A stretch of DNA of 64,000 nucleotides from the human T2T-CHM13v2.0 reference genome, Homo sapiens. The stretch's first letter is position 1. Every line of letters starts with the position of its first letter. Position numbers and translations under genes: made by a program. Positions 41,231 through 53,998 of this stretch are shown one piece after another. The notes beneath the pieces are model-generated. The model did not search any database and was not told the origin of the DNA. It was given only the letters and a program-made list of their open reading frames with translations. The stretch is from the NCBI RefSeq assembly GCF_009914755.1, contig NC_060929.1. One strand, given 5' to 3'.

Positions 41231-42190
41231 TTTAAAAAATTTATTTTAAGGTCTGGGATGCATGTGCAGGACATGCAGGTTTCTTACACACGTGTGCCAT
41301 AGTGGTTTGCACCATGGTGCACCTATCAACCCATCACCTAGGTATTGAGCCCCATATGCATTAGCTATTTATCCTGATGCCCTCCCTCCCCCTGAACCCC
41401 TAACAGGCCCAGTGTGTGTTGTTCCCCTCCCTGTGTCCATGTCTTCTCATTGTTCAGCTCCCACTTATGAGTGAGAACATGCAGCATTTGGTTTTCTGTT
41501 CCTGCGTTAGTTTGCTGAGGATAATGGCTTCCAGCTTCGTCTATGTCCCTGCAAAGGGCATGATCTTGTTCCTTTCTGTGGCTGCATAGTATTCCATGGT
41601 GTACATGTGTCACATTTTCTTTATCCAGTCTATCATTGATGGGCATTTGGATTGATTCCATGTCTTTGCTATTGTGAATAGTGCTGCAATAAACATGTGT
41701 GCATGTATCTTTATAATATAATGATGTCTATTCCTTTGGGTATATACCCAGTAATGAGGTTGCTGGATCAAATGGTATTTCTGGTTCTAGATCCTTGAGG
41801 AATCACCACACTGTCTTCCATAGTGGTTGAACTAATTTACATTTCCACCAACAGTGTAAAAGTGTTCCTATTTCTCCACAGCCTCGCCAGCAGCTGTTGT
41901 TTCTTGACTTTTTAATAATTGTCATTCTGTCTGGTGTGAGATGATATCTCATTGTTGTTTTAGTTTGCATTTATCTAATGACCAGAGATGTTGAGCTTTT
42001 TTTCATGTTTGTTGGCTGCATAAAAGTCTTATTTTGAGAAGTGTCTGTTATGTCCTTTGCCCACTTCTTGATGGGGTTGTTTGTTTTTCTCTTGTAAATT
42101 TGTTTAAGTACCTTGTAGACTCTGAATATTAGCCCTTTGTCAGATGGATAGATTGTAAAAATTTTCTCCCTTTCTATAGGTTGTCTGCTG
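41231..42190 (-). mobile_element. 5'-truncated L1PA (L1PA8-10-like), ~960 bp
   Basis: Antisense 3'UTR and ORF2 end. TSD taaagtgtgaacttt/taaagtatgaacttt. Confidence 0.92.
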
Positions 42191-42267
42191 TAAAGTATGA
42201 ACTTTTTTTTTCCACCTTTGGAATTCTCATATGATTGGTTCTTCTTAAAATGGGGGTGACTAGCTCA

Positions 42268-42390
42268 ATTTTTTAAAAATTCTACTTTAAGTTCTGGGAT
42301 ATACATGCAGAATGTGCAGGTTTGTTACATAGGTATACATGCGCCATGGTGATTTGCTGCACCTATTAACCCATCATCTAGGTTTTAAGT
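42268..42390 (-). mobile_element. Tiny L1PA 3' end
   Basis: tactttaagttctgggatatacatgcagaatgtgcaggtttgttacatagg. Confidence 0.85.
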
Positions 42391-43670
42391 TAGGGTCTTA
42401 TTTATTTTTGGGTCCCCAGGGTGTGCTAATATTAGGAGTGCATTGGATGCCCTGAGAGAATGAAAGGATAATCAGTACAGAATCCTGGCTCTTTGACCTA
42501 GTTGTTACTGTCCTAGTCCCTATTCTCACAGTGCTGGCACTGTGCTAGGTGGAATAAGGCACTCTCCAGGGCCTATACCTATTGTCAGCCTGGGATAAAT
42601 TTGGCCTCTAGCTTCAACTCTTCCCACAACCAGGTTTTATTTTTTTATTCCATTCTTCCTCCACTTTCCACTGTGACAGTTGGGCCTTACTGATACAAAG
42701 AAATCATGCTAATAGAAGAAGGATAATCTGAATCAAATCCCTCTTTTCTAACAAGACAAAACAATATTGCACTCCTAGAGATCAGTGAATCAAAACAAGC
42801 CCCAAGAAGTGAACTTGTATTTGGGTGCTAGAGATCTTTTAATCCAAGTGGTATGGAATTCCTCTCCTCAAATATATGAAGTCCAGCATGCGAGGTCAGG
42901 GTAGCTTAATGATCTCAGCACATGAAACAGGGACTGGGCCAAAATCAGAATGACTTGTCCATAGTAAAAGAGGCATAGAAGTGAGATAAATGGACTTTAG
43001 CAACTGAGAAATAGAGATATAGCCTTTCTATGAGAGATTTTATTTCTTTGTATTTCCTGACACACATAGAACTTTGAAACATAGTAGGCACTCAATAAAT
43101 TCTCTTTGAGAGGACAAAGGGAGAGTATATCATTTAGAATACTTTCCCTAACAACTGAAAATTGTTATTAAGATATTAAGGTAATTGTTAATTGTTAATT
43201 GAAAATTATTATCTTAGAGATTAAGGTAATTTATTGGACAATATAAATAAAAAATCCAGAAGGTATAAACTTTGCAGGATTTGATCAGTACCACCTCCAT
43301 ATCTATTTTCTTGGGATTTTCTTGGCTTTCCTCTCCTCCATAGTAGTTTTATCCCTGGGTTGTTTTTCCCATTGGTAGCAAAATGGCTTCATCAGTGTCA
43401 GACATTATGTAACCTCACCGTCCAGGGAAAGAGAAAAGGCCACCTAAATTTGAAGAGTTACCTGTATTTTTTAACCAATAGCTGGGACAAGGTGAGAGTG
43501 AGATTATACTGACTGGCCTAAGCCAATCAAGACCTATCTCTAGATCAAGAGGTGGCATGGGATAAATTTGGCCCTGCTAAATTCATATAACAACAAATGG
43601 GAACATTTCTAAAAGTTGAAAATAAAGAATAATTACCGACAGGCATCTAGAAAATTCTACAAAATGTAAA

Positions 43671-43850
43671 ATGGGGAGAGGAAGGGAGGGAGGAAGGAAG
43701 GGAGGGAGGGAGGGAAGGAATGAAGGAAGGAAGGAAGGAAGGAAAATGAGAAGAAATAAGAAGAAAGGACAGGAGGAGGGAAGGGAAAATGGAAAAAGAA
43801 AAGGAAGAACAAAAGGAGGAAAGAAGGGAAGGAAAATTGAAGAAAATAAA
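43671..43850 (+). repeat. GA-rich low-complexity tract (GGGA/GGAA)
   Basis: Directly visible. Confidence 0.9.
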
Positions 43851-43858
43851 AACCCTGG

Positions 43859-43890
<32 letters not shown>

Positions 43891-44299
43891 GTAACCAGAC
43901 CCTGGTTATTCACAGTGTAAAAAATACAACTCTATATTGGGGATAGGGAGGGGAAGTGGAGTGAAACATTAATTGAGCAATCCTGGTGTACATTCTGATA
44001 TTCTATACCATTGTACTCTTCCGGCTTATTTTATGTTTAATTAAAATAGAACGGTTAGATATCTTCAGAAGCAACCTGATTGATGATGACCTGCACAGAG
44101 AGGTAAGAGACAGATTTTAAGTCTTCTGGACTTCCTCCAGTCTGGGTCTTTTTCTCTATGTCTTTATCACACACAAATATGGCTCCAGTGGTATGAAGTC
44201 AAGAGGAGATCAAAACATGCTGGAAGAACGAAGTAAGTATCAAGAAATAACAAGTGTGCATCAAAAAGTCCAATTTCAAATCTGCTTTTTCACATCCTG

Positions 44300-44450
44300 C
44301 ACAAATTTGATCATGTTAAATAATTTCTGAGTTGTAGTACCCTTATCTACAAAATGGAGATAGTATCTACCTCACAGTGTTACTGTGAAGATTATATAAA
44401 ATAATCTACATATACAGCAGCTATAGTAGGTATTTAATAAGCATTAGTTT
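44300..44450 (+). mobile_element. MIR fragment
   Basis: atctacaaaatggagatagtatctacctcacagtgttactgtgaagatta. Confidence 0.7.
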
Positions 44451-45201
44451 GTTTCTCCTTAAGAATTTTTTCTGAGAATGAATTTTTTTGAACAGCTTTG
44501 GGACATTCAACCTGAATTATTAGTTACAGATATAATAACTGATCCAAACCTAAAGGCTTTTGATCCTTTATTGAACTCTTTATCCTTTATTGAGAACACA
44601 CACAGTAGTAGAAAATATCTAATTTTCATGATAAATTGCTTTCTGATGTGTTCTATTTCTCTGAACCTGAATTTCCCACAACAAACATTGATTCAATATT
44701 TATAAGTAGCTATTGCCTGACATGGGCTAGAAGAGAGAAGGAAGAAAGAAGAGAAAATAGAAGAAAGGAGGGAGGAAGGAAGTGTGGGTGAATTATTTAT
44801 GAGTTAGCACGTTCATTGTTGTTATTACAGATGAATATCATCTAACCCTTGCATATGAACCTCTATTGGTGAAATATATAAAACATTATCTTAACCTTGC
44901 TTTTTTCTCTCCCCCTATTTCAGGCTGTTATGATTTAAAACCCAACAAAGTGTACCATCCTGGATGAAGAATGAAGGGTCTTGATCCAGGAGTTGCTGGC
45001 TCAGCATCTGCTCTCAGAATACTCGAAGTCTACTTTTAGCAATAGGAATAGTTACCAGTTGGAAATTCTTTGAATTCTATTAGCACAGGCTTAGTTTTCT
45101 ACACAGTGTTGATAAATGAAGTAACTGGTTAATCTTACATTTACTTGATATTTCATTTGCTTGCATCCCTTGACATGCCTGAATGGCAATGCAACTATTG
45201 A

Positions 45202-45363
<162 letters not shown>

Positions 45364-45391
45364 TAACTGTTTGAGGCTAAATTCAGGTACT

Positions 45392-45524
45392 TTTTTAACA
45401 TTTTTTTTAAACATGGTGTCTCACTATGTTGCCCAGCCTAGTCTCGAACTCCTACGTTCAAGTGATCCTCTCACCTCAGCCTCCTGAGTAACTGGGACTA
45501 CAGGCATGTACCACCATGCCTGGC
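45392..45524 (-). mobile_element. FLAM/Alu monomer
   Basis: tctcactatgttgcccagcctagtctcgaactcct...accaccatgcctggc. Confidence 0.85.
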
Positions 45525-46954
45525 TCCTAGTTACTTTTTAATGATACATCTGTAATTATAAAAATGCTTTTCTCAATTTCCAACATATAATAAGTATGCT
45601 ATTTGTTTAATTCATTTACTCATTAATCCATTTATAAGACTATGATGAAATATGATGAGTAAAGATGCTTCTTGGTCTAAATTCAAGGAGAAGGGAATGC
45701 AGTAATAGATACAAAGCTCAGTATTCAGCTGTAATTTTCTCTCTGAGGAAAAAAGACACTAAAACTTGTCCATCTGGTGCAGTATTTGTAAATAATATAA
45801 TGGAGTAGATAAGTCTTAAATTATTGACACACTTGTTAACTAAATGAAGATCATTCCAAGACAAGTGTACTCAAAACAAATAAACTGATATGAAAACAGT
45901 GGGGGGACAGTTTCCTTCCCATATCTTGCAAAGTAATATTAAACCAGAAGTTCCTAAAAATATTTTTCCTTTGATCATCTTCTGTTGAGAAGGTAAAGGA
46001 GAGAAAATTATGTTGTCAAAAAATTAAAATGCTGCAATTTCTTATCTTTGAGATTCAAAATGACTACTAGCATCTTAAGGTTTTGAGATGTTCTGTAGTT
46101 GAAACAAATAAACAAAATTTGACTTTATTTTCATTTCCTATACTTGACTACACATTTTTCTATAACAGTTATTAACATCCAACATATAGGGAATATTTCA
46201 TGAAGCACATTACTCTCTTCCATAAGACGTCCTTGGACTTTTAGCAACACAATGACATTTCTTGTGAGTACATAAGAAAAAATGAACATCATTATGATCT
46301 CAAACAGATCAAAATAAATATTTGTAAATCATAATGCCCTTAGGGAAAAAATAATATAATTTTCATTGGGGGTGTTTGCTTATTGTATTGAATATATTCT
46401 TAATCACTATTTCTAGAATACTACTTTGCTCTTAGTAATCTCTTAATAACTACTTGTTGAATGAAAAATACTTCTAATATTCTAAGTCCTAAAATCTTTA
46501 CGTCTCACAAAGAAATACTACTTTTTCCAGCTTTTTCCCAATTTAGATCAATAGAGATATAGAAAAAGGTATCTAGAATGAAGCAAAAATCAATTAAAAG
46601 TTTGGAAAAAGTAAGTAAATGTTGAAGAAATGTGATATTATGTACCCTAGTGACAACTGAATAGTGTTCTCCACTACATGAGGAGTGAATACATAATAAA
46701 TATTGCAATCAAATGTTAATTAAAAACCTTTGTCAATTATCTGGTAAACCTGATCTCTCTCCTTTGTAGTGTGTTTTATCCTTTCCATCTAAGACATACT
46801 ACCTATATTACAGTTATTGCAGCTGAATGCAATGTAATACCCTGCAAAATCACAAGCACTTTCTGGAGTGCTGTTATAGGTGGGGTGCTAAGGTAAGAAG
46901 TTGAAAGCACAGAATCTAATTTCTGTAAAGGGGGAGAAAGGCACGTAAATGGAA

Positions 46955-47215
46955 GCCAGTGTGTCAGAGTGGTTAAGAGTGCAGACTATGGTATCAGATT
47001 GCCTGAATTTGAATTCTGGTTTTGATACTTGCTAGATACATGATCTCATACAAGTTACTTAACTCCTCTAACATTAAGTTTCCCCATTGTAAACAAAACT
47101 ACTAATAAAACCTACTTCACGTGGAGTTTATGTGAAAGTTAAATGGCAGTATTCAAGCACTTAGCTCTGCGCTGAGCACTTTGCATGCCCAACAAATATT
47201 TGCAATGTTCATTAA
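46955..47215 (+). mobile_element. MIR SINE
   Basis: agagtggttaagagtgcagact...caagttacttaactcctcta. Confidence 0.8.
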
Positions 47216-47374
47216 GTGTTAAATGACTAAAAACTAGCACATGATAGTTCTAGGGAGGAGGTATAAACACACTTCTATGTGAGCACAGGTGAGGGACCAA
47301 CTTATTCAGCCTGAAGGGTGTGCTCAGAGTTTCCCAGGGTTTTGCTAGGCTTTGGAGTAAGAGTCAATAGAGAG

Positions 47375-47376
<2 letters not shown>

Positions 47377-47408
<32 letters not shown>
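47377..47408. repeat. (GT)n microsatellite
   Basis: Directly visible. Confidence 0.95.
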
Positions 47409-47411
<3 letters not shown>

Positions 47412-47521
47412 GCGGAGGAGGGGGCGCAGGGTAAGATATTGGAGATCAAGACACTGGCATGAGCAAAATTGGAAGGACATGAAATGGCACAAGACATTCA
47501 AGAAAAAGACAAGTCAGGATG

Positions 47522-47977
47522 TGTATTAATTTCCCAGAAGTGTGCTAACAAAGTACCACAAACAGGATGGCTTAAAACAATCAGAATTTGTCTCATAAGA
47601 CTTCTGGAGGTTAAAGGTGACAGTAGGGAGGGCATGCTCCCTCTGAAACCTGTAGAGGAATCCTCCCTTCCCTCTTTGTAGCTTCTGGTGGTTTGCCAGA
47701 AATCTTTGGCATTTCTTGGTTTGTAGATGATTCACTCCAATCTGATGTCTTTACACGGTGTTCCTCCTGTGTCTCTTCACATCATCTCCCCCCGTGCCTG
47801 TCTGTCTACATGTCCAAATTTTCCATTTTTGTAAGGATATGTCATATTGGATTAAGGCCTACCTTAACTGAACTCATTTTAACTTTTGAAGACCTTATTT
47901 CCAAATAAAGCATTCTGACATATGGTGGGTTAGGACTCCAGCATATACTTTTAGTGGGACACAATTCAACCCATAAA
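47522..47977 (-). mobile_element. MLT1C-like MaLR LTR
   Basis: tgtattaatttccc...aacaaagtaccacaaac...gggacacaattcaacccata. Confidence 0.85.
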
Positions 47978-48018
47978 AGGTGGCAGTGCTTGAGCACTGG
48001 ATTCATAGAGAAAAAGGA

Positions 48019-48380
48019 GGCTGGGTAAGGTGGGTCACCGCTGTGATCCCAGCACTTTGGGGGGCCAAGGTGAAAGGATTGCTTAAAGCCAGGAGTTCAA
48101 GACCAGCGTGGGCAACAAATCAAGACCCCACTCCCAGCCCCCATCTCCACAAAAAAGGTTTAAAAATTAGCTGGACATGGCAGTATGCACTGTAGTCTCA
48201 GATGCTCAAGAGGCTGAGGCAAAACAATTGCTTGAGCCCAGGAGTTTGAGGCTGTAGTGAGCCAGGATCGTGCCACTACACTACAGTCTGGGTGACAGAG
48301 CAAGACCCTGTCTTCTTAAAAAAAAAAAAAAAAGAGAGAGAGAGAGAGAGAGAAAGAGAGCGAGAGAAAAAGACAAAGAA
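48019..48380 (+). mobile_element. AluJ with A/(GA)n tail
   Basis: gcttgagcccaggagtttgaggctgtagtgagc (J-type). Confidence 0.9.
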
Positions 48381-48803
48381 GAATGGGTAGTGGGTAGTAA
48401 GCAGTCAAGGATAGTCAATAATAGAACTCTGATGCTAGTTTGTATTCATTTTGTAGAAAATAAGGAAACTGATGGATTGTACTCTGAGGAGCTGTTTGGT
48501 CAGATTCATATTTTAGAAAATACCCTGATGGGCAGTGTCGAGGATGAATTGGAGCATGGGAAACCTGGAAAGAAACATACCATGGATGGGTACTACTTCT
48601 GTTGAGTAGAAATATGTGGGTTTATCCCGGGCAAAGCCCATGACCAGAACAAGAAAGAAGAGATGTAGGAGAGATTTGGGCAGCAGAGCAGACCAAGAAC
48701 AATGGTGCATGTCTCTGTCTTCTCCAGAGACAGAGGCCCTCAAGGGCAGAGATCATGTCTTACTAATTTTAAATCCCTTCACAACATTTAACGCCATGCT
48801 TTG

Positions 48804-49471
48804 TTTCTTAATCAGCTCAGAATGCCATAACAAAATGCCATAGACTGGGTGGCTTAAGCAACAAAAATTTATTTTCTCAGTTCCTGAGGCTGGAAGTCCA
48901 AGATCAAGGCACCAGCATGGTCCATAGCTGGTGAGGGCTATCCCCTTAAGGTTGCAGGTGGCCACTTTCCTGCTCATATGACCTCTTCTTTTTGTGAGCT
49001 TCCAGAGAGAGAGTGAGCTAGCATTCTGGCGTCTCTTCTTAGAAGGACTTAATCCTATCAAGAAGGCCCTACTCTTATCATCTCATCTACCCGCAATTAT
49101 CTCCCAAAGGCCCCATTTCCAAATACCGTCACACTGGGGGTTAGGGATTTAAAATACATATATATTTTGAGACAGAGTCTCATTCCATTGCCCAAGCTGG
49201 AATGCAGTGGCATGATCATGGCTCACTGCAGCCTTGAACTCCTGAGTTCAAGGGATCCTCCCATCATGGCCTCTCAAGTAGATGGGACTGCAGTTGCACG
49301 CCACCATGCCTGGCTAACTTTTTATTTTTCTGTAGAGGCAGAGTCTTGAACTCCTGGACACAAGCCATCCTCCCACCTCGGCCTCCTAAAGTGTTGGGAT
49401 TACAGGCATGAGCCACTGCACCTGGCCTAAAATAGGAATTTTGAGGGGGCACAAACACTCAGTCTATAACA
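48804..49471 (-). mobile_element. MLT1A-like LTR interrupted by AluJ (~49160-49427, minus)
   Basis: gccataacaaaatgccatagactgggtggctta...cacaaacactcagtctataaca, with an antisense Alu inside. Confidence 0.85.
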
Positions 49472-49547
49472 CCTTGAACGCAATAAGGATTCAAAAAATT
49501 TAATTGGATGAAAAGGTAAAAGAATGTCCTCCTAGCATTGGGATTTG

Positions 49548-49705
49548 CGTTGCCAGGTTAAATACATGATGCCCTATTAAATGTGAATTTCATATAAATA
49601 AATAACTTTTCAGTGTATTCTAATGACTAAAAAATTACTTGTCGTTTATCTGAAAATCAAATTTCTCTGGGGATCCTGTATTTAATTCGCTAAATCTGAC
49701 ACCCC
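49548..49705. mobile_element. MER53 palindromic hAT MITE (centre deleted)
   Basis: gttgccagg...gatgccctattaaatgtgaatttca / tttatctgaaaatcaaattt...gctaaatctgacaccc. Confidence 0.8.
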
Positions 49706-49761
49706 ACAGGTATATTTGAAAAGAAAAAGCATACGTTTCCTAATGCAATAAGACCTCTTTA

Positions 49762-49861
49762 TGTTTGGGACATGCAACATTTGGGACATACTTATACTAA
49801 AAAGATTATTTATTGTTTATCTGCAATTAAAATTTAACTGGGCATCCTGTTTTATTTTATC
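49762..49861. mobile_element. Half MER53 (right arm), terminal TIR missing
   Basis: ttgggacatacttatactaaaaagattatttattgtttatctgcaattaaaatttaactgggcatcctg. Confidence 0.8.
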
Positions 49862-49948
49862 AGCCCAACCAATCAGCTAGGCATCCCAATTAGAATTATC
49901 AGAAAATCTTATAATCCTAATTGGGATGCCTGGCTGATTGGTTGGGTT
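49862..49948. repeat. Inverted repeat, 42-bp arms (38/42 match), 3-nt loop
   Basis: agcccaaccaatcagctaggcatcccaattagaattatcaga-aaa-tcttataatcctaattgggatgcctggctgattggttgggtt. Confidence 0.95.
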
Positions 49949-52900
49949 AGAAGTAATAGAAAGTGGTAAAGAAAAATTCCGAAGGATGTAAGTAAAAAAG
50001 ATCATTCACTTTCCCATGTAAATAAAAACTATAGGACTTCTATTAAAGCCCCTTATGGCAGGGATTGTATCTTACTTATCCTCTTCCCTCAGTAGCTGTA
50101 AAAACATTCCCCAGGATCTAGAAATATCACCAAATAGGAGTTTATTGGAGTTCTAAAGAACTCTAAATTATGAGAAGTTCTAATAGTTATAAATGGAGTC
50201 ACATTGCTACCCCAACCCCAACCTCGCATGTTCTAGAAGTCTCCAGACTTGCACTCATAATTTGACCCAAAGAGGCCTGGATGTGTGGGAACTAACCGTG
50301 GAAAATTCAAAAAAATTTTGAACCCAAAAGGCCCACAACCCTACCTGGTAGCCCACCTAGTCAGTTTCCTATGGCTTGGGTAGTGTGGAAGGCCAGACAG
50401 ACCCCCCAGTGCCAGACTATTTAGTCTGCCTCTTATCTGCTTAATTCTCCACCTTGTCCTTGTTCTGTCCCTTGCCTCCTGGCACAGGCTGTGATGGGTA
50501 TGCCAGTGTTGTCACCTATCTGGTACACACAAAAGAAACCCTGCATGGGACGCACTATCAAGAGAGTCCTGTGGCTCCCGCAGGACGCCTCTCTGCCCCA
50601 CCTTTGCTGGGGTTGGCCTATCAGAAGCTGACATCTGCAGAATTGCTTTTACTAAGTTTTCCCTAGAATAACTCTCTTCCTCATGCCCACGGCCACATTT
50701 TCACTTGACACATTTTCTACTTCCCTTTAATCCTCTGATATCCAGTCAGATCCTAATCCCGGAGCTTAATGCATTTGATGAAATGTTTGTTTTGGACAAG
50801 ATTCGAGATGGAACCTTGAAAAAGCCAACAGTAAACAGAAACCTTTTCTTGCCCATTATCTACTTAAGTTATTCTGCTCTACACCCGAGATTTCCTGCTT
50901 TAAGATAAGCATGGATAAAGCTTTTATGACTTAACTCCAAGCATTCAGGCCTGTGAAAATCTTGTAGGTGACCTGGATTTCCCCTGTACCTACTTTCACA
51001 CCCATAGCAGATGGTGGTAAGGAATGTAGAGATAGGGAGTGATTTTTAATGAGTATCAGGGTCCATTCCATCACTGAGTTTCTTGAATAAGTTTTCTTAC
51101 TTCTCTATTCTAATATCCTTAAGTAACACAACTTTCTGAGTATTTACCACACAGCAGGTTTTCAAACATTTTTTTTTCTTCTCTCTAGGCAGGCCCTGAT
51201 GGAAATACACCCAGCTTTCAAATGAGCATAAGGCTAGCAATATTCCAAAATGGGAAGTCCCCAAAAAGGGCCTCACCGGAGTTATTTTCAGTCTGTGTTT
51301 CCATAGTCCTGGGAATTATTTTCTGATTGTAGTAATGTGGCCCAAAACAATCAGATGATTGATTCATCAAACACATCAGATCACTGCCCAGTGATGATGA
51401 TGAACTTTATACAAATACGGACAGCCCAGTGGCCAATGCAATCATATGACATATATGAGTAATGTCTATTTACTCTTTAACTCCACTAAAAGTAGAGTTC
51501 TCAAAACAGAATTTTGAAAATATAAATAAAATGTTCCTAATTGGTAGGTTAAAAAAATTAGATTAATTACTATGGGAACGTTATGGATTTTCTTCCTTAA
51601 ATTTGTCTAAATTGGCTATTCTCCTAACAAGAAATCTTTAGGAAAGTCCTCCCTAAAACCAGAACAGATCTATTGACCTTTTGAGGACTAAGTCCCTCAA
51701 GATCCTATGAAACTTTTCTATTCTTATATACAACTCTTTCAAGCTTGCTCCTTATCACTGAGCTATTTTTTTTTTTAAATCTCATCAGAATGTTCCCAAA
51801 TTGCCTCTGTTGGTAAATTATTCATATAAGGCAAAAGCTTTTAAATAGATTTGACAAGACAACTTCTTTAGCAAAATCATTAAGATAAGAGACCTCAGCA
51901 GGGATGGAAGTTATTCAGATTAGACATGAAGCCTCGCTGTGTGAGCTGTGGTTTTTCTGTTCTCTTTCTCTCCCTTCCTACCTTTTTTTTTGGTATCTTT
52001 AACTAAATGTCATTGGGTATAACAAATCACCACTTTGCCACAAGTAATGTAGGTTTCTGGCAGTGTGCAAAACTGTTTCGCTTGCAGTATTGTAAAACAT
52101 TCAACATGGAAATGTAGCCTGAGGAAAAAAATTCATTCAAAGTTCAGAGGTGATTTTAGAGACAGTGAATATTAAAGACAACCCCTTTTTGGAGATTCTG
52201 GTGACGGCAGCAATGGAAGAATTAGGTTAAGACTGGGTGCAGTATGTGTGTTTGCCCAAGATAAACACATGAATGGCATTCTCTAAAAGCACATGTGTGC
52301 CTATTTAGAAATATTTAGTGGCTGCAGAATTTTCATGCTAAAAAAAAACATATGTTCAAGCTTCAGTGTTACTAGTTGATGACCTCAAAATCCACTGTCA
52401 GCCTGCACTCAAAAGGATCCACATAGTTTGTTCTGTGGGGGTTGTAGGCAATGCAGTTTAAGGGGCAATCTGGGAAGGGAGAACATGGTATCAGCTGAAT
52501 TATGATATTATTTAGGAAGCAGGACACAACCAGAACTTCCAAGTTTCTGCCTGGCTGTTCAGAGCTTCCTCTCCATATATCATTAATTAATTCAACTCCA
52601 CACATAATTATAGGCAATTTGCATGAAATGTGGTGTTAATGATGAAACAATGCTGACTGTAGAACTTTACGGTATCAATTTTGTTTATGAAACTGGGAAA
52701 TAACCCAGGTTTGAGAAAATACCTTATTCATTAATGACGCATCTACTTTTATTGTTATCATGGCTTAAGCGTTCTAACTTGTCAAAAATTGTCAGGAAAT
52801 AAATAATCATGACACTCCTATTTCCCTTCTGAAAAGAAAAGACTCAGTGTGTGGAGAGTGGAGGCTGAGCTTGACAATTCCTCCTGGATCACGTGGCTCT

Positions 52901-53287
52901 CCTGTCCCAGTGACACATCTGCTGAGGCCACCCTGTGCTATGGGCAAGCACCACAGACCCAGGCAGGGGGGCAAAATGGGACTGGAAGGATGAAACAAAG
53001 GAGCAACCCATGGCAACAGCCAGGGCTTTTCTCTGCGGATAAATACTCTTTTTTGGATTTTATGTCATTGTCTGCTGAGAGAGTAAGCATTATGGCTCTT
53101 GAAAGATGGAGACCCTGTTTTGGGTTCATGACATTTTACATCTCAGAAAAGTTGTAAGTTGCCTCTTATCTGAAGGTCACGAAGAGTCAATCCACAGGCT
53201 ACACGTAATCTCAGATATGTTTCATTGGACACATAAAATTATTATTTTTTAGTTCGTATTCATCATAAACTTTAATAATAATGAGAT

Positions 53288-53420
53288 TCTGGTGGGGAAT
53301 GCTGATAATGGGGGAAGCTGTGAGCGCGGGAGGGGAGGGCAGGGGATATGGAAAAATCTCTGTGTCTTCTGGTCAACTTTGCAATGAACCTAAAGCTACT
53401 CTAAAAATAGTGCATTAAAA
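53288..53420 (+). mobile_element. L1MC 3' end fragment
   Basis: tctggtggggaatgctgataatggggg...tgaacctaaagctactctaaaaata. Confidence 0.75.
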
Positions 53421-53675
53421 ATGACAAGATTCCATACATCTGTGTCTGTTTCTGTGTTTTTTGTTTGTTTGTTTGTTTGTTTGTTTGTTTGTTTTTACCT
53501 AGAGTAGAGGTTGGAGCACCATTTGGAGCTGAGTTGTTGCTGTCTCCTTGAGATCTGGTAAACCAGTTCATCATAGCCTCAGTCCAGCCTGCAAACTTCC
53601 GTTATGTACTTAGCCAACCTGGGTCCTATGCAGATATTTGAGTCTCTAAAGCTTTGCTTTAGCCCAGCCCACTAC

Positions 53676-53998
53676 TTTTTTTTTTTTTTTGATGTTTTGA
53701 TGTATGTACACGTTATGGAATGATTAAATCAAGCTAATTAAAATAGCTATCACTTCAGATACTAATATTTTGGCGTGTGAACATTTAAAAATCTACTCTC
53801 TTAGTAATTTTGAAATATGCATCATATTATTAACTATAGACACTATGAGGTGCAATAGATCTCAAACATTGATTCCTCCTGTCTATCTGAAAGACATCTC
53901 CCCTCCTTCCTCCAGCCCTGGTAACCCTCATTCTACTCTCTGCTTCTATGAGTTAGATGTTTTTAGATTCCACACATAGGAGATCATGCAGTATTTTT
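53676..53998 (-). mobile_element. L1MA 3' end fragment
   Basis: Poly-T, then ttatggaatgattaaatcaagctaattaa...ttagattccacacataggagatcatgcagtatt. Confidence 0.85.
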
